NCBI GenBank assembly: GCA_024679065.1
Contig: JAGIQG010000013.1
Location: 53,568,001 to 53,632,000, forward strand
Direction: 5' to 3'
Source of the DNA: Sphyrna mokarran
Taxonomy: Eukaryota
Length of the DNA stretch: 64,000 nucleotides
In this document: piece by piece, positions 1 through 12,889 of the stretch
How the letters are laid out: every line of letters begins with the position of its first letter
Numbering within the stretch: the stretch's first letter is position 1
Notes under the pieces: model-generated
Database searches by the model: none
What the model saw: the letters and a program-made list of their open reading frames with translations, nothing else
What the model was told of the DNA's origin: nothing
Translations under genes and position numbers: made by a program

Positions 1-98
1 TAAAACCGTGGTTGAAGCCCGGGAGCAATTGACCCATCAACTCTTTAAATCTGGAGTTGGTGAAGGTCACTCTCCAGATCACGTAGAGAAGAAAGTTA
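1..98 (-). CDS. Candidate exon (truncated by window edge)
   Basis: Acceptor ctttctctttaag|. Starts with TAA; +1 gives open NFLLYVIWRVTFTNSRFKELMGQLLPGFNHGF. Confidence 0.55.
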
Positions 99-393
99 CT
101 TAAAGAGAAAGGAGTGCATTTTCACAGACATGGACTTGTAATTGCATCATCAACATCACAAAATTAGTCAGAAATGATTGGCAGTATGAATTCTGTCACT
201 TCAATCAAAACCAACCAGCAAATTATTGCAAGATAACAAATAAAATGGCTTTATGAGTTCATAAATAAAATTTCAGGCCTACAGTGGGACAGGCTTACAA
301 TCATATGTTCAAACCGAACTGTCAACATCTGGGAAATGTTGCAAGTAATATTTACGATCAAAACTTCCATTCTGGATCACAAAACTCACGTAC

Positions 394-567
394 CATATGG
401 ACGGAAGATGACAAGTGTGGAAATGGCTGTCTCAATTGGCAGACAACCTCATCTGTCTCCTGCTGTGTAATTTTCACCACTTCTCTGCATGACATTATAT
501 AAACTCTTTTACAATTTTGAGGCTTTTATATCTTTGTTGGAAGGCTGGTCAGATAATCAACACTCGC
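394..567 (-). CDS. Candidate exon, 174 nt
   Basis: Acceptor ttgctctctgtag|, donor ATG|gtacgt (alternative gtgagt 4 nt on). ...KRVYIMSCREVVKITQQETDEVVCQLRQPFPHLSSSVHM. Confidence 0.6.
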
Positions 568-1065
568 CTACAGAGAGCAATGCACAGTTAGCCCCTTACA
601 GAATACCACTAATGGCAGCTTTACAAATCCATGGTGTGAAACATCCCTCTTCCCAAGACTCCAGGCATCAGCAGGTAGGAAATGGAAGTAAAATAGACAT
701 TCTATCAAGACACATAATAATACTCGTATGGCACCTTTCACGATGAATTACGTTTTGAAATGCAGTTATTAAACAGTAGTGAAATGTAGTAACCATTTTG
801 CTTAATAATGTCCAGCATAGGCTCATGAGATGAAAGGTCAGTCCATGTTTTAGATGCTATTAATAAGGGCTATTTTTGCTTCATAAAATGAGGGGGTGAA
901 TGTCAGCATCTAGGCTAAGCAAGACAAAACTGGACTGACAACTCAGCTGCACAGAACATCAGATGCTGTGATAACCTTGCACCTGACTAATTGAGAAATT
1001 CTCATTTAATATGACAGTCCACAGAGATTTATTTCATCACTGATCCTTGCGCTTATTATAATTAC

Positions 1066-1290
1066 CAAAATTCAACTGCTGATATGGCGTAGAGGTTAGA
1101 CATGCAATTCAGGGTCAGTAACTCAGCCATTACATTCAGAATTTGTGTAGTTGCACAGTCTAACTCATTGGATTCCCACTTGGGGATACATCCAGCCTGT
1201 CCCTCCTTCAAAATTAACTCCAAACCCGGAAGCCTGCTGTATTTCTGTCTGGGACAGAATGATTTATTTTTCATATAACCCTACCTTATG
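1066..1290 (-). CDS. Candidate exon, 225 nt
   Basis: Acceptor gttttatgtacag|, donor TTG|gtaatt. Contains ORF 1062-1274. Confidence 0.6.
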
Positions 1291-1990
1291 CTGTACATAA
1301 AACTTAGGAATCCCTGCTGTGCAGTTTCCACATCCAGATTAGGACCCAAAAAAAACTGCCATATTACTTAGTTTCATCAACTGCTAAATTTTCAACTCAG
1401 CTGTCTCTTCATATGCCCTGGCATATGTATTTTAAAGTAGTTACGTCATGGTACATTTACTCTTTAACCAACATGGAGACCCATCTGTACTTTTTTCTCC
1501 CACTGTTTCTTTAATTGTGAACGCATTTTCCTCAGAGTTTTCCACCACAAATAATAGAAAACAGCGATGTAGTTACCTTTGAATGTAGGTTAAAAAAAGT
1601 AAAAGAGCAATGTTTGGTAAAATGTTTCAACTAAAGAAGAACAAAGCAACTGATAACATTTGGACTTTTACGTGTTTTTTTCAGGTTTTTTTTACTATTT
1701 CATATTATATCGTGAAAATAAACCCAACTAGGTCAGAAACATGTAGAAAGATTTGCCTGTGAATCAAACACAAAGTGGCTTGAAAATCAATTAGAAACCA
1801 ATTGACAGTGAAAAGGAAAACTGTTCATGAATCACCAGGCTCATACCATAGACTCTGTGAATAAAACGTCACTTTTTTTTAACCTAAAATATTCAGATAT
1901 GTGTTGTTATTTGTTTAATTACCCTTTTGGGTCAATGCCCTGTCTTAAATGGAAGCAATGTAATGTAGAAGAGTTCCAGTAAACTCATAC

Positions 1991-2181
1991 CTTGTTAAAA
2001 GAAGAGAATTAGAATTGTCTTTCGTCATTTAGTCCAATTAGAATCTCTGATTTCAGTTTCTTTTGAGTGTCTCCAGTGTTCCACGATGATTAACACGGCA
2101 TCTTTTCAATGAGCACCATGTCAGACTGTCAGTCATGGAGCTTTGGTAGCAAACTCCTGCCTCTGATTTACTAAATTAGCC
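1991..2181 (-). CDS. Candidate exon, 191 nt
   Basis: Acceptor ttttgtagaacag|, donor AAG|gtatga. Stops in all frames. Confidence 0.6.
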
Positions 2182-3116
2182 CTGTTCTACAAAACACACC
2201 AGGTTAATAATCAAGGCTGGCACAGAGTTAGAGAAGCAGAGGTGCACTACCCTGACCTACCAACATTATAGAATGACAGTTTTGATTAGAAAAAAAATGA
2301 AAGATTGCATACACGTAAGCATATGAGTTGTGTTTGCTCTCAAATGACATATATCAAAGTATCTTTAAAGCAAAGTGAACTATATTGTTACTACTAATAA
2401 GAAACACTTGGCATGGGAACCTTGGGGCTAGGCTATCTATCTAAGACATAATCTAGCCTATTTTGGTGACTTAAAACGTACAATGCTTTTATGGCTACTA
2501 AATCCATTGGGATAAAGATAAGTATGGATAGATACCTCTAAGAAATTTGAAGTCCTTCTGACATGATAAAAACAGAGAACAAAGCTATTGTATTGTAGCC
2601 TATAAAACTTATTTTAACACTTTCTCAATGTAATTTATAAGCAAGCATATATCAATGATCTACAAAGCCACAGAGCAGCAAGAAGAATACACTAGTATAT
2701 ATTTTGGCTGAGACATCAGTCATGAAACGGTTTCTTTTTTTAATACAATCGTGTTATTCAGATCATGAATTCTCCCACTGTTTTCTTGCCCTGCTGATTG
2801 AATTAGACATCTTAACTCCCTCCCGTGTATCTATTATTTTGTAACAAATTCTAGTAAGAGAATATTCAAATAGCTCTGAGCTAAGACTTAGGTCATGAAA
2901 GGGGCAGATCGTTAAATTAGTGTTCAGTCTTCAGACTATGACTCAGATCTTAAAATACATGTTACTTAAATACCTATGTTCACAGTTCAGATGATCTTAA
3001 AGCAAATTTATGGCCATAATAAGAAGCTTTTTTGAATAAGTGGAGTATAATGGTATTTTTCATTTGAAAATGTGAACATTGTATTTCCCATATGGTTCAT
3101 TTGCAGAAAGAAACAC

Positions 3117-3449
3117 CTCAGGACTTCCACCCAGCTCAGAAGCAGCAAGTACAATGTTTGGCTTGGAATTGCTTCAGCCTACAATCATGCAGTGAAAAGA
3201 TCAGAATGCTCTGCCAGCCATCTTGGAGACAAGCCTCATGGCAGAGAGCCAGGAGAACTTAACTCTCCATAACAACCTTGATGTGTGGTCCAGGAGGAAA
3301 CCCATGGTTTGAACATTAATCTGTTCCTCTGTTACAGTGTTAGCCAGAACTCCAATTGAAGCTTTGCATCAGCAAGCAGTGACTGGACACTGGGGCATGG
3401 GTGGCAATGAGGGAGACAGGGCCCAGGTTTTATAAAATATCTGCGCAGA
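3117..3449 (-). CDS. Candidate exon (donor uncertain)
   Basis: Strong acceptor gtctttgttttcag|, GC-richer than flanks, weak donor GAG|gtgttt. Confidence 0.45.
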
Positions 3450-3519
3450 CTGAAAACAAAGACATTGGCAATGTTGTACTGTTTGCATGAACCAAAATTG
3501 ATGGGATTTTAACACAGTT

Positions 3520-4445
3520 ATTAAGGCAAAATAATATAGTCTCGTGTTATTAAAAGAAAATTACGTTAATTATGATGTGTTTCATTCCTTCACAAGCATA
3601 TGAAACAATAACATAAATCTCATTAAAACATAATACTCTGTTCTTACATGTGATTTAAAAAAAGTACACAACTCTTTACTCTCTGCCAAATGGTGCAAAG
3701 TTTGCCAAAATATTTTTCCACAAGGAGTAACACCATCTTATTTCGCTGTAGGTTTTAACATTAGGTAAGAAAGAGTTATTACCGGCACATCCTGCTGCTG
3801 CTAAAGCATAACAATGTGAGACAGCAAGAATGTACATCTTCCCTCTGGCAAAATGATTTCAAAGTTCACTCTGCTTTAGTCTGCACGGAGTGAAAAAAAA
3901 AGCAACAGGAGAAAAATGATTCTGCAACTGCATCAGCTTTATAGAAAAATATTATTGCTTGTGTCAAAGCAAAATGAAAGGGTTATAAAAATATTACTGC
4001 TATGCAATGTTTTAGCATCTCAGTGGCGGATCTATAAAGGACCCTTGCCTCAAAGATGCTGTGAGTCCATTGGCTTTTTAGCTACCAATTTCTGGTCCTG
4101 CTGAAGTCAATGAGATTTCCACTGACTCCACCCCACGCTGCCTGGAAACCCACGGAGGGGTGCAATGTCGGCATGACCAGAACATCCCCCTGGCGTGAAC
4201 AGCCACCCCCTCAGCTAATTTCCCTTCAGAAAAAATAAATCATAGTTATTGCTAAGAAAGCTATTAAGACAAAAAATAGTCTTGTGCTGTTAAAAGCAAA
4301 TTATATTCATAATGATGTTGACTTTCATTCCTTCACAAATTTATGAGAGAGTAACATAAATCTCATTAAAACATAATACTCTGCTCTTGCACCTGATTAA
4401 AAAAAAAGCACACAACTCTTTACTCTGCCAAATAATGCAAAGTTT
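3520..4445. repeat. Diverged direct repeat pair of about 185 bp (3520-3703 and 4263-4445)
   Basis: Shared blocks taacataaatctcattaaaacataatactctg and cacaactctttactct. Confidence 0.85.
3783..3880 (-). CDS. Candidate exon, 98 nt
   Basis: Acceptor ttttttttcactccgtgcag|, donor CCG|gtaata. Confidence 0.6.
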
Positions 4446-4771
4446 GGCCATTTCTATGGACAGCCAAAAATTAAGTGTTATCATAGATAATGCTACAAAG
4501 CAAAATACTTCCACTTACTAAATATTTAATGCTCTGGTTGTTAGCATGGAATTTTTGTGCATCTAAAAATACCTGTGTCTCAGCAGAACATAGAAATGTC
4601 AGGCTATTGTAAATTGTCCTGTGCATTTGAATTATATTTGATTATTAAAATATCAAGTCTTCCAAGAGCATATCCTCAAAATTTTCCTCATTTTGACAGA
4701 TTCTTACTCAGAATTCAGGTTAAAAAAAAGGCCTGGTTCACAGGAAGCCTTTTTTTTATATAATTAGTTAC

Positions 4772-5027
4772 AGGTGCTGCTCACTGGCACTTCATGAGAA
4801 GCAGGTTTGATCTCATTTTCCTTTCTCTACAAGGCTGCTACAAATGATGATAATTTACTGTGACAAAATATTAATAATGAATCCAATCACTCGAGAACTC
4901 TATTGCTTCTTAGTACAATCATTTCCTCCTATTTGCTGCCTGCTTTTATTTCAACTTCAATTGTTTGACACACCCTGGCATGCACTTAGCTGGCAGGATG
5001 TTATCTGTTCCAACTCTCCCCTCATGC
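4772..5027 (-). CDS. Candidate exon (acceptor 5027 or 5072)
   Basis: Donor CCT|gtaact. The +1 path reads KAGSKRRKDCTKKQRVLEDWIHYNILSQKLSSFVAALRERK. Confidence 0.5.
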
Positions 5028-6645
5028 CTTTAATATAATTATATTAAAACACTTTAATTAAAAATATTCTGCCTGAAACAGGTGTAACTGAAGCTCCCAC
5101 TGATACAGCACAGATACACCACTAAAATACTGAAGGCAAAGCAGCAACCACTTTTGCTGCTTACTGCTAACATTTCCAAGTACATATCACACACACTTTC
5201 ACTCAAAACCTTTCAAACCTGCTCTATAAATTGCAGAACTTTATTTATTTTTTGTTTGCCACCAAAGTAAGTGTGAAAGGGAGTTTATTGTGATAATCTT
5301 GCTTGTGTTCCTCAAAATGAGAAATGTTAGAGTGAGGAAAGGAGTGCTTTTACTTCTTTTTTCTACCAGTAGGCATAACCCAAGACACCCAAGTCAGGTA
5401 TCACATGAGTGAGAAACAGATTAAAGCCTTTTCTAGTTTTCACACAATTGTGTATCTTAATCTCAGTCTCAAAATCCCTTTTCTGCACCCCGACACCTGC
5501 CACCTTTAATGCTAACTATGCTGTAAATTTGCACACAATGGCATTTGGTTAAGGATACACAAATAAAATTACTTTTTTTTAGGTATCTTGCAGGAAGAAG
5601 ACTTCCACACCATAAAATTTGGGTAATTTTTAATTCAGATCTTTGAGGTGAAAAGGTGCAAAAAGTAATTTTCCAAAAGAAATCATTGCCGATCAAGAGC
5701 ACATGCAGGGCGGAATTTCTGGTTTGTTTTGTACCCATTTATTACCATTAAGGCTAGAAGACTGTCCACAATGCATTTCACAATTTCTCACTTTAGGGTT
5801 TCAGCAGCTGCATGCTGGTTGTGTGAAATCATAAAATTCCTATTCATGTGTTAACCCACTGTGTCAGCTTCTAACAATATTAATTAACTAAGCACTAAAA
5901 TAGTGAGATCTGAGTATACATTACTCTGTGTAAACTATGTTAGAAGTGACCTGTGGACAATCCAAATTCCAATGTTGAGTTCTATTCCACCTACAACTGG
6001 AATAGGATTGTGAGGTAACTTCAAACTATTATTGGCATTTTATTTCATGGTACACTACTACGCACTTTATACTTTTTCTAATTTGGAATTCCCATTAGTT
6101 GCTTTAATTCATGTAACTCCACAATGAGAAACCCCATGAGAGATAAACATTTAGCCAGACAGTAATTGAAAACACTAAGTGTAAATGCAGGCCATTTAAC
6201 AAAAATTATTTTTTAATTACACAGCAATATGTGTTTTTCTGGTACATTACCAAGTGTCTTCAATTAGAAAATGACATGTATGACAGCCACGAGCATTATG
6301 AACTCAGGCTTTTGCCTTAGTTATAGAGTAAATAAGTAGTTTCCAAACTTGTGACTTATACTCCTGAATGATCAAACCACAATATATTGTTACACAATAA
6401 TAAATATGTAAATATAGTATCTGGACTTCTACTTAGCAAAATCATACGGATAACGAAAATTAAACTGAACTCAGAATTGGGATGAAAAATGGTATCCATT
6501 TAAACCAGGCTTAACTATGAGTAGATTTCATACCCTTACTGATGCAGATGTGTGACTGAGCACTAAGCAAGAACCCGAAAACAAATCCTCTCCTGAATAA
6601 CTCCATGCAAAGAAAAGTTTACCTGCTTGTCCAATGAAAACTTAC

Positions 6646-6766
6646 CTGTATTTGCATTTGTGTTGGCAAACAGATGACACAAGGAGTATTATTCCAAATA
6701 TGTTCAGCACATTAGATGTAAAGTGCTGGAGACAACCTTCAAATGAGACTACTTGATTGACGTTTT
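6646..6766 (-). CDS. Candidate exon, 121 nt
   Basis: Consensus donor CAG|gtaagt, acceptor ttctatggttag|. One frame fully open. Confidence 0.65.
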
Positions 6767-7089
6767 CTAACCATAGAACACGGAGTCAAATAATTTCTCC
6801 TCTAGGTTGGCACGTTACAGACATTTATATTAACACAGGAATACTGCAAGTAAAAAAGTTGGATTAGAGTCTAAGCTGTAATAGAATTAACTGATTTCAT
6901 TCAGTGCAAGACTGTAGTTCAATATTTCCAAATCCTCTGTATTTTCAGATAGCTTGGTGATGCAATATTGAAGCACATTACCCATGTTTCCTGTAAATAG
7001 TCATGCAGTATTTTGACACTTCTGTTTAAGTCATGTATCACTCCACCTCTACAGTGTGGGCCATCAAACATCTGCATTAATATATATTT

Positions 7090-7490
7090 GGGAATGGCAA
7101 TGGTCTACAGGTATCATCACTAGACTACTAATCCAGAAACTCAGCTACTGTTCAGGGGACCTGTGTTCAAATCACGCCTTGACAGGTGGTGGAATTTGAA
7201 TTCAATAAAAAATATTTGGAGTTATGAATCTACTGATGACCATGAAACCATTGTCGATTGTTAGCAAAACCCATCTGCCTCACTAATGTCCTTTAAGGAA
7301 GGAAATCTGTTGTTCTTACCTGGTCTGACTTACATGTGAGTCCAGCTCCATAGCAATGTGGTTGACTCTCAGCTGCCTTCAGAAATGGCCTAGCAATCCA
7401 CTCTGTTGTATCGATCAAGGGCATCTGGAGATGGGCAATAAATTCTGGCCAGCCAACGATGCCGATGTCCCACAAATGAATAAAAAAAAT
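7090..7490 (+). mobile_element. tRNA-derived SINE (family 2), near full length, A-rich tail
   Basis: Pol III A/B-box-like head (tggtctacagg...gttcaaatc). Homologous copies at 14680, 24752 and 56815. Confidence 0.8.
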
Positions 7491-8049
7491 TCTTGGCTCT
7501 GGTTGCTAACTTTGTTTGGTTTCAACTTCCTAACTCAAACATGAAACAGTTTACTTCCAGTAGGTAATATGGTCCCTCAGGCAAATATTGTTGTTATATT
7601 CAATCATACTGTAACCAGGAAAGTTCCTGGTTAAATTCTTGCTCTCTAATGAGTCAGCTAAACTCAGATTGGACCTTCACTTTCTGTAAGCTGCGAAGGA
7701 AACGATGAAGTCAGCCAAAGCTCTTTGGGTTATTACACAAACAACATCATCTGACCCCGAAGGGGGTAGTGCAACATTTTGCTCAATTAATGGCATCTCG
7801 GATATGCAGGTGATTTTTTTTTTTAAATAGATTATTTTACAGATTACATTGTATGCTGCTCTGAAACTTCTACACTTAACTTTTCATTAAACACCAAAGC
7901 TTTCATTTTACATTTGGATGTACTTTTTCTGCTCATCTTCTCCCCATGCCTTCTGAAGATGTTTAATTTACTGCTTAATGACGTATACATTTCCAGGGTA
8001 TCATTCAGCCCTTCAGCAGTGTAGGCCAAATGCTCTTTCTTGTCCTATG

Positions 8050-8540
8050 ATATTCTATCATGTCTGCACCAGCTCTTCTAAAATGTAATCCAGTCAGTCA
8101 CAGTCCTCATCTCTTTCCCCATTCCCAAGACTTTTTCCCTTACTTTCCTTATTCATCCAATTCCCTTTTGATAGCAATTATTGAATCTGTGACCACTATC
8201 TGATCAGACTCCAAATCCTAGCCAATTACTGTACAAAAAAAATTATTTCCTTATGTCATCTGATTTTTTTTGCCAGTCATCTCAACTCCATACCCTCTGG
8301 TTTTAGACTCTTTGGCCATTGGAAATAGGGTAAATAAAGAGAAACTGTCCAAACATTTCATGATTTTACATGCCTCCATCAAGTCTCCTGTTAGCCTCCT
8401 TTTCCCCCCAAGGACAACAAGCCCTGCTTCTCCAGCCTATCCAGATAACTGTAATCCTTAATTCCTGGAATCATACTAACAAATCTCCTCTTGTGAGCCA
8501 GTCTCTTTCCAAAAATGTGATGTTCAGAACCAGATAGAAT
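8050..8540 (-). mobile_element. Degraded CR1-type LINE 3' fragment
   Basis: Resembles the reverse complement of the CR1 3' ORF2/UTR at 58700-59440. Confidence 0.5.
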
Positions 8541-9320
8541 GGGGATGATTTTCTGGCTTTGTCCAATACAGGCGCTAATCTAGTTATAGCTGGGAATCGC
8601 TCAAAAGAAGACCATCAAGTGACTTGTGATGGGGAGATCTTATCCACCACTCCCAGTCAAGGATGGCATCAAGTTCACCTGCAGTAAGTGTGTGAACTGA
8701 TCATCATACATTTAAATATATTTACATTTTCAAAACTGACTTAACATCTGGAAATATCAGGTGTTCCCACTCGTCGGCATGGCATAAGACTAGTCTTCCA
8801 AAATGGAGACCAGAGGAGATGACCACACCGAGGACTCTGAGGCCAACATATGTCACTGGGTGGTCAGGGATATAGATGGGCAGTGCACTGGCATTGTCCC
8901 CTGTCATGCCAGCAGTGCTAACCTGGTAGTGCTGAGGTAGTCACTGCCAGAGCTGGGGCATGAAGCAGCAGGACCTGAAGGGGGCTGGCCTGTGGGCAAC
9001 CTCATAACAGGTTTCCTTACGTGGGGCGAGGTGGAGTATATGATGATGCTGATAATGGGGCTTGGGGCCCTAAAGACGCAGGCTTGCCAGCATTTTTAGA
9101 CCCAGCCCTCTCAATGACAATGAAAAGATACCCCCTTGTAAAACAAAGTCTTAGAACTTTGTGATGAGGCTACTTCAGCCAGCAGTAATTACACCAGGTT
9201 TCTTATCTGGAATAACACTGTCATTTTGTTTGAAAAATACCACCCATATCCCAACTGTGGGCAAACAGAGTAAAGAACACAGGGATTTTCATGTAGTGTC
9301 AACCATCCACATTTATACAA
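8540..9320. mobile_element. GC-rich interspersed repeat (non-autonomous DNA element-like)
   Basis: GC-rich block with gggcagtgc/ggcactg motifs shared with the 23900, 34360 and 50600 elements. Confidence 0.4.
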
Positions 9321-9633
9321 GGAATATAGGAGCTGTTGTCATTGTGCCACTATATTCTATGAAGATATGTAAAGAAATGTTATAATACTGACCACCAAAG
9401 TGACCATTATTCAATTTCAAGCTTTGGCAGTAAGTTTTGAAGGACTAAATTTTCATGAGAGGCAAGTAAGCCCTATAATTTCCCAATTGCTATCACATGT
9501 GAGCTGCCAATTATGAGTTATTATAAAAGCCTAGCTTCCCCCACCCTGCTTGAGGAATGCAGTGGCCAATTCTAGTACTTCAACCACAGTTTTTGCTGAG
9601 ATCAGGCAATTCCAAGCTCCATATGATACATAC

Positions 9634-9704
9634 GTGTCTTAAATTGACTAAAGCACATCCTGGCTGAACTTTCTGATCCAACGGACAGTCTATATTTGGA
9701 ACTT
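9634..9704 (-). CDS. Candidate exon, 71 nt
   Basis: Acceptor ccttttctttttatgtag|, donor CAC|gtatgt. Confidence 0.6.
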
Positions 9705-9895
9705 CTACATAAAAAGAAAAGGTGATAACACGAGACTGCCACCATCAACAGCAATGAAATCTGACCTTCCGCAGTCAGTTTCCAGGCAATCTCTGAGTAT
9801 TGGGATAGATATAGCAACACAGCTGCGGAAGCTTCAGTATTCCTGGCACCAATGTGAATGCCTGGAACATCGCTGCATTACTTCTCAAGCTGTAC

Positions 9896-9962
9896 CTGCT
9901 GAGAAATTGCCAGTCAAAACCCTATGATGTTCTCTTGCATGGAATGAAGAAAGTTTTCTGAT
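9896..9962 (-). CDS. Candidate exon (3' end uncertain; coding-like sequence continues to about 9766)
   Basis: Acceptor ccctatag|, donor CAG|gtacag. IRKLSSFHAREHHRVLTGNFSA. Confidence 0.45.
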
Positions 9963-10107
9963 CTATAGGGTTGTATGTTTTTGAACTGCATTGAAAGCAA
10001 AAATCCAGGAGTAAGTTAGAATTTTCTTCAACAGTGTGCCAAGAACATAGGATGTGAGTTAAAACTTAGCAGAAAGGCTTGCACTGATATAGCACTTTTT
10101 ATGACCT

Positions 10108-12030
10108 CAGAATGTTCCAAAGGAGTTTCCAACTTTTTGAAGTCTAGTTGCCATTTGAAAACAGAAATATTTCTAATGATGACAAGTAGAATGGAACTTT
10201 TTTAATGATTGCCACTCTTCCTGCCAACTTTTCATTTGCTTCCCTCATTAATCAGATCTAATTATCAGGCCAAAACCTGTCTGCAATTAAAGAATGCTGT
10301 ATATGTTTATAAAGATACAAATAGGGAACAACACCATTATCAATATTTCTTAAGAGTTATTGTCTGGAATTCTATTGTCCTGCCCACCACAGGAATTGGA
10401 GTGAGTGAGTGATGGACCTTAGGAAGGTCTGTTGACCTTGGGTAGGATCTTACAGTTTCGGGATGAGTGAGGCCATGAAAGACCACACATGGATTTCATT
10501 TGGTAAGATCTGAAGATAACACGTCTTTTCTCTGCTAATCATCTAATTCTTTCCACAGTAATTTGATCATTGTTTTCTTTTCAGATGGAGAATTTATTCT
10601 TCTGTGGAGAATGCAGTAACACAGAAAAAAAATACTACTTTTGATAACATCTAATAAAAAGTGATGAACATAAAAGGCAACTGGAAAGCACATATCAACT
10701 TTGAGACTTCAATACTCAATGATTCAAGTTGTGATTGCAATGATGGAAGATCTATCAAAATTTATCATTAAAACAGTGAAATTGGTCCCAACTTCTGCCT
10801 TCCACACCTGCAGTTAATTGTGGAAATTCAGGAATTGCTACCCATGATTCCCATTTTACAGGAGTGTTGATAAAATCCCCTGCAGGTGAAGATCTTTAGA
10901 AATCACTTCAAAAACTGTGAATATCCACTTTGGTTATTTTGCTTGTTACAAAAGTTAGAACTTGTTGAATGAGGTGTAATCATATTTTTAACAATGTGCT
11001 AAGTTCATTGTGACTGAACATCCTCTCTGGGCCTGAAAAACTAAATTTAGTCGTGGAATGTAATTTTTTCCATGTCGTCTCATTTTGTATCAGCTTCATT
11101 CAGAGGGTTGATGCAAAAATAACAATCTTCCTTCATTGATTTCTATTGTTACTGTCCATTTCAGAGAGAGTTCAGTCTATATTCTAACATAATCCACCAT
11201 TTTGGGTCTTCCTTGTGCACATTTTTCAGGTATTTTATCAGGTATTATCACCTTTCCCAAAGACTCCACTCCTGTTTGCATCTTCTGTTCAGAATATGTG
11301 AGCATCCTTGATATTACTACGTCAACAAGTTCTTCTCAACACCAGCTTTCTCGAGCATCCACTTGTGTGTCCACTTGACTGCCCATGATACATGTAATAG
11401 CTATCTGCGCTGTTTCATTTCTAATGCTCTCATTTCAGCCTCATCACTCTTCTTGATGCTTTCAAAGCCACACATTGACACCCACCACAAGGGCTTGCAG
11501 AGATGATTTTCCATTATAATCAAAATGCTGTACTACTCAATATTCTTTTAAGTGATTTAACAGTGCTATGACCCTTGTTCAGTCAAGTCCAAATTCAATG
11601 ATAGACTGTAATTTCCATGATGAGTGACCCAACTTGGCAGAAAGTATCAATCTGTTAAAAGTGAACTCCATTAATCAGAATCTTGCAGATCTTTCCACAT
11701 ATTCCTGTCACCTTTTGTCTTATCAGCATTAACCAGGAGGCTGTATTTCTGGTTAACTTGATCAAAACAGTCCACCAATTCCTCTAGCTCCTCCATCAAG
11801 GTAGTGAGCAGAAGAATGTAATTAACGTATTGAAGATTCTTAACTCAGTGTCTGACATTTGTTTCCCACGTCTGTATCTATCAAGTGTTTCCCACATAAC
11901 CATTTCTAAAATGCCTCAAAGGAGTTTACAACTTTTTTAAGCCAAGTCACTGTTTTAAAGTAGAAATGTTTCCAATGGTGATAAGTAGATCTGAACTTTC
12001 TTAAGGATTGACACTCTTCCTGCCAATTAA
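10108..12030. repeat. Diverged direct repeat pair of about 120 bp (10108-10230 and 11907-12028)
   Basis: Shared caaaggagttt.caactttt and cactcttcctgccaa. Confidence 0.75.
11150..11880 (-). mobile_element. Degraded RTE-clade LINE reverse transcriptase fragment
   Basis: Minus translation NLQYVNYILLLTTLMEELEELVDCFDQVNQKYSLLVNADKTK matches the LRYADD...INxxKTK RT segment. Confidence 0.7.
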
Positions 12031-12202
12031 AAATTCATACCTTTAAATAACAATCCTAATCTTTATTTTGCTCTCAAAATATTAAAGATAGTCAAAGCTT
12101 TTTACTTCCTGGTTTGCCATCTGTAAGAATTCTGCAATAAGATTGGCTACTCAAACTTTTTGATGGTATCATTGTTGCTGGCTGGTGGAGATCTCCTTGA
12201 CT

Positions 12203-12530
12203 GGGTGGCATGGTGACACAGTGGTTAGCACTGCTGCCTCACTGTGCCAGGAGCCCAGGTTCGATTCTCTGCTTGGGTCACTGTCTGTTTGGAGTTTGCA
12301 CATTCTTTATGTGTCTGTGTGGATTTCCTCCAGGTGTTCCTGTTTCCTCCCACAGTCTAAAGATGTGCAGATTAGGTGGATTGGCCATGCTAAATTGCCC
12401 CTTAGTGTCAAGGGACTAGCGAGGGTAAATGCGTGGGACTTTGGGAATAGGGCCTGGCTGGGATTGTGGTCAGTGTAGACTCAATGGGCCAAATGGCCTC
12501 CTTCTTTACTGTAAGATTCTATGATCTATG
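12203..12530 (+). mobile_element. HE1-type V-SINE, full length
   Basis: tRNA head cagtggttagcactgctgcctca...ggttcgattc, V-domain tttcctcccacagtc.aaagatgtgc, CR1/HER1-type tail atgggccaaatggcctcc...attctatga. Confidence 0.9.
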
Positions 12531-12814
12531 ACTTGATACTAGAATGAAAGAGAGGTGTGAAAGGTGAAATCTATGCAAGAGATTGCAAGGTCTTCGGAAC
12601 AACTTTCTTTGAAGTCAGTGATACTCACTCCACTGACGGCACATTTGAGCATATATATATCCAGTTATAAAATGCTAAAGGAGTTTGTTGACATGATCCC
12701 AGAATGATCGGTTGACATGATCGGTGTGATCCCAGAACTATTCTTTCCGAGGACTGTGGATTCAGTTCTTGATGCCACATGTTTTCAATTCTACTTAAGC
12801 AAGTAGAAGCATAC

Positions 12815-12889
12815 CTCCTGTACCTGTTTCTCCTCTCCAGACTTCTGAATGTAAATGTTCAATAAGTACATCACTTGCAGCAATGAAGG
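12815..12889 (-). CDS. Candidate exon, 75 nt
   Basis: Acceptor ctttgaagtttcag|, donor GAG|gtatgc. Two frames open. Confidence 0.55.

Noticed and set aside
3117-3880. In-frame TGAs as selenocysteine
   Set aside because: TAA and TAG are equally common in the other exons, and no SECIS was identified.
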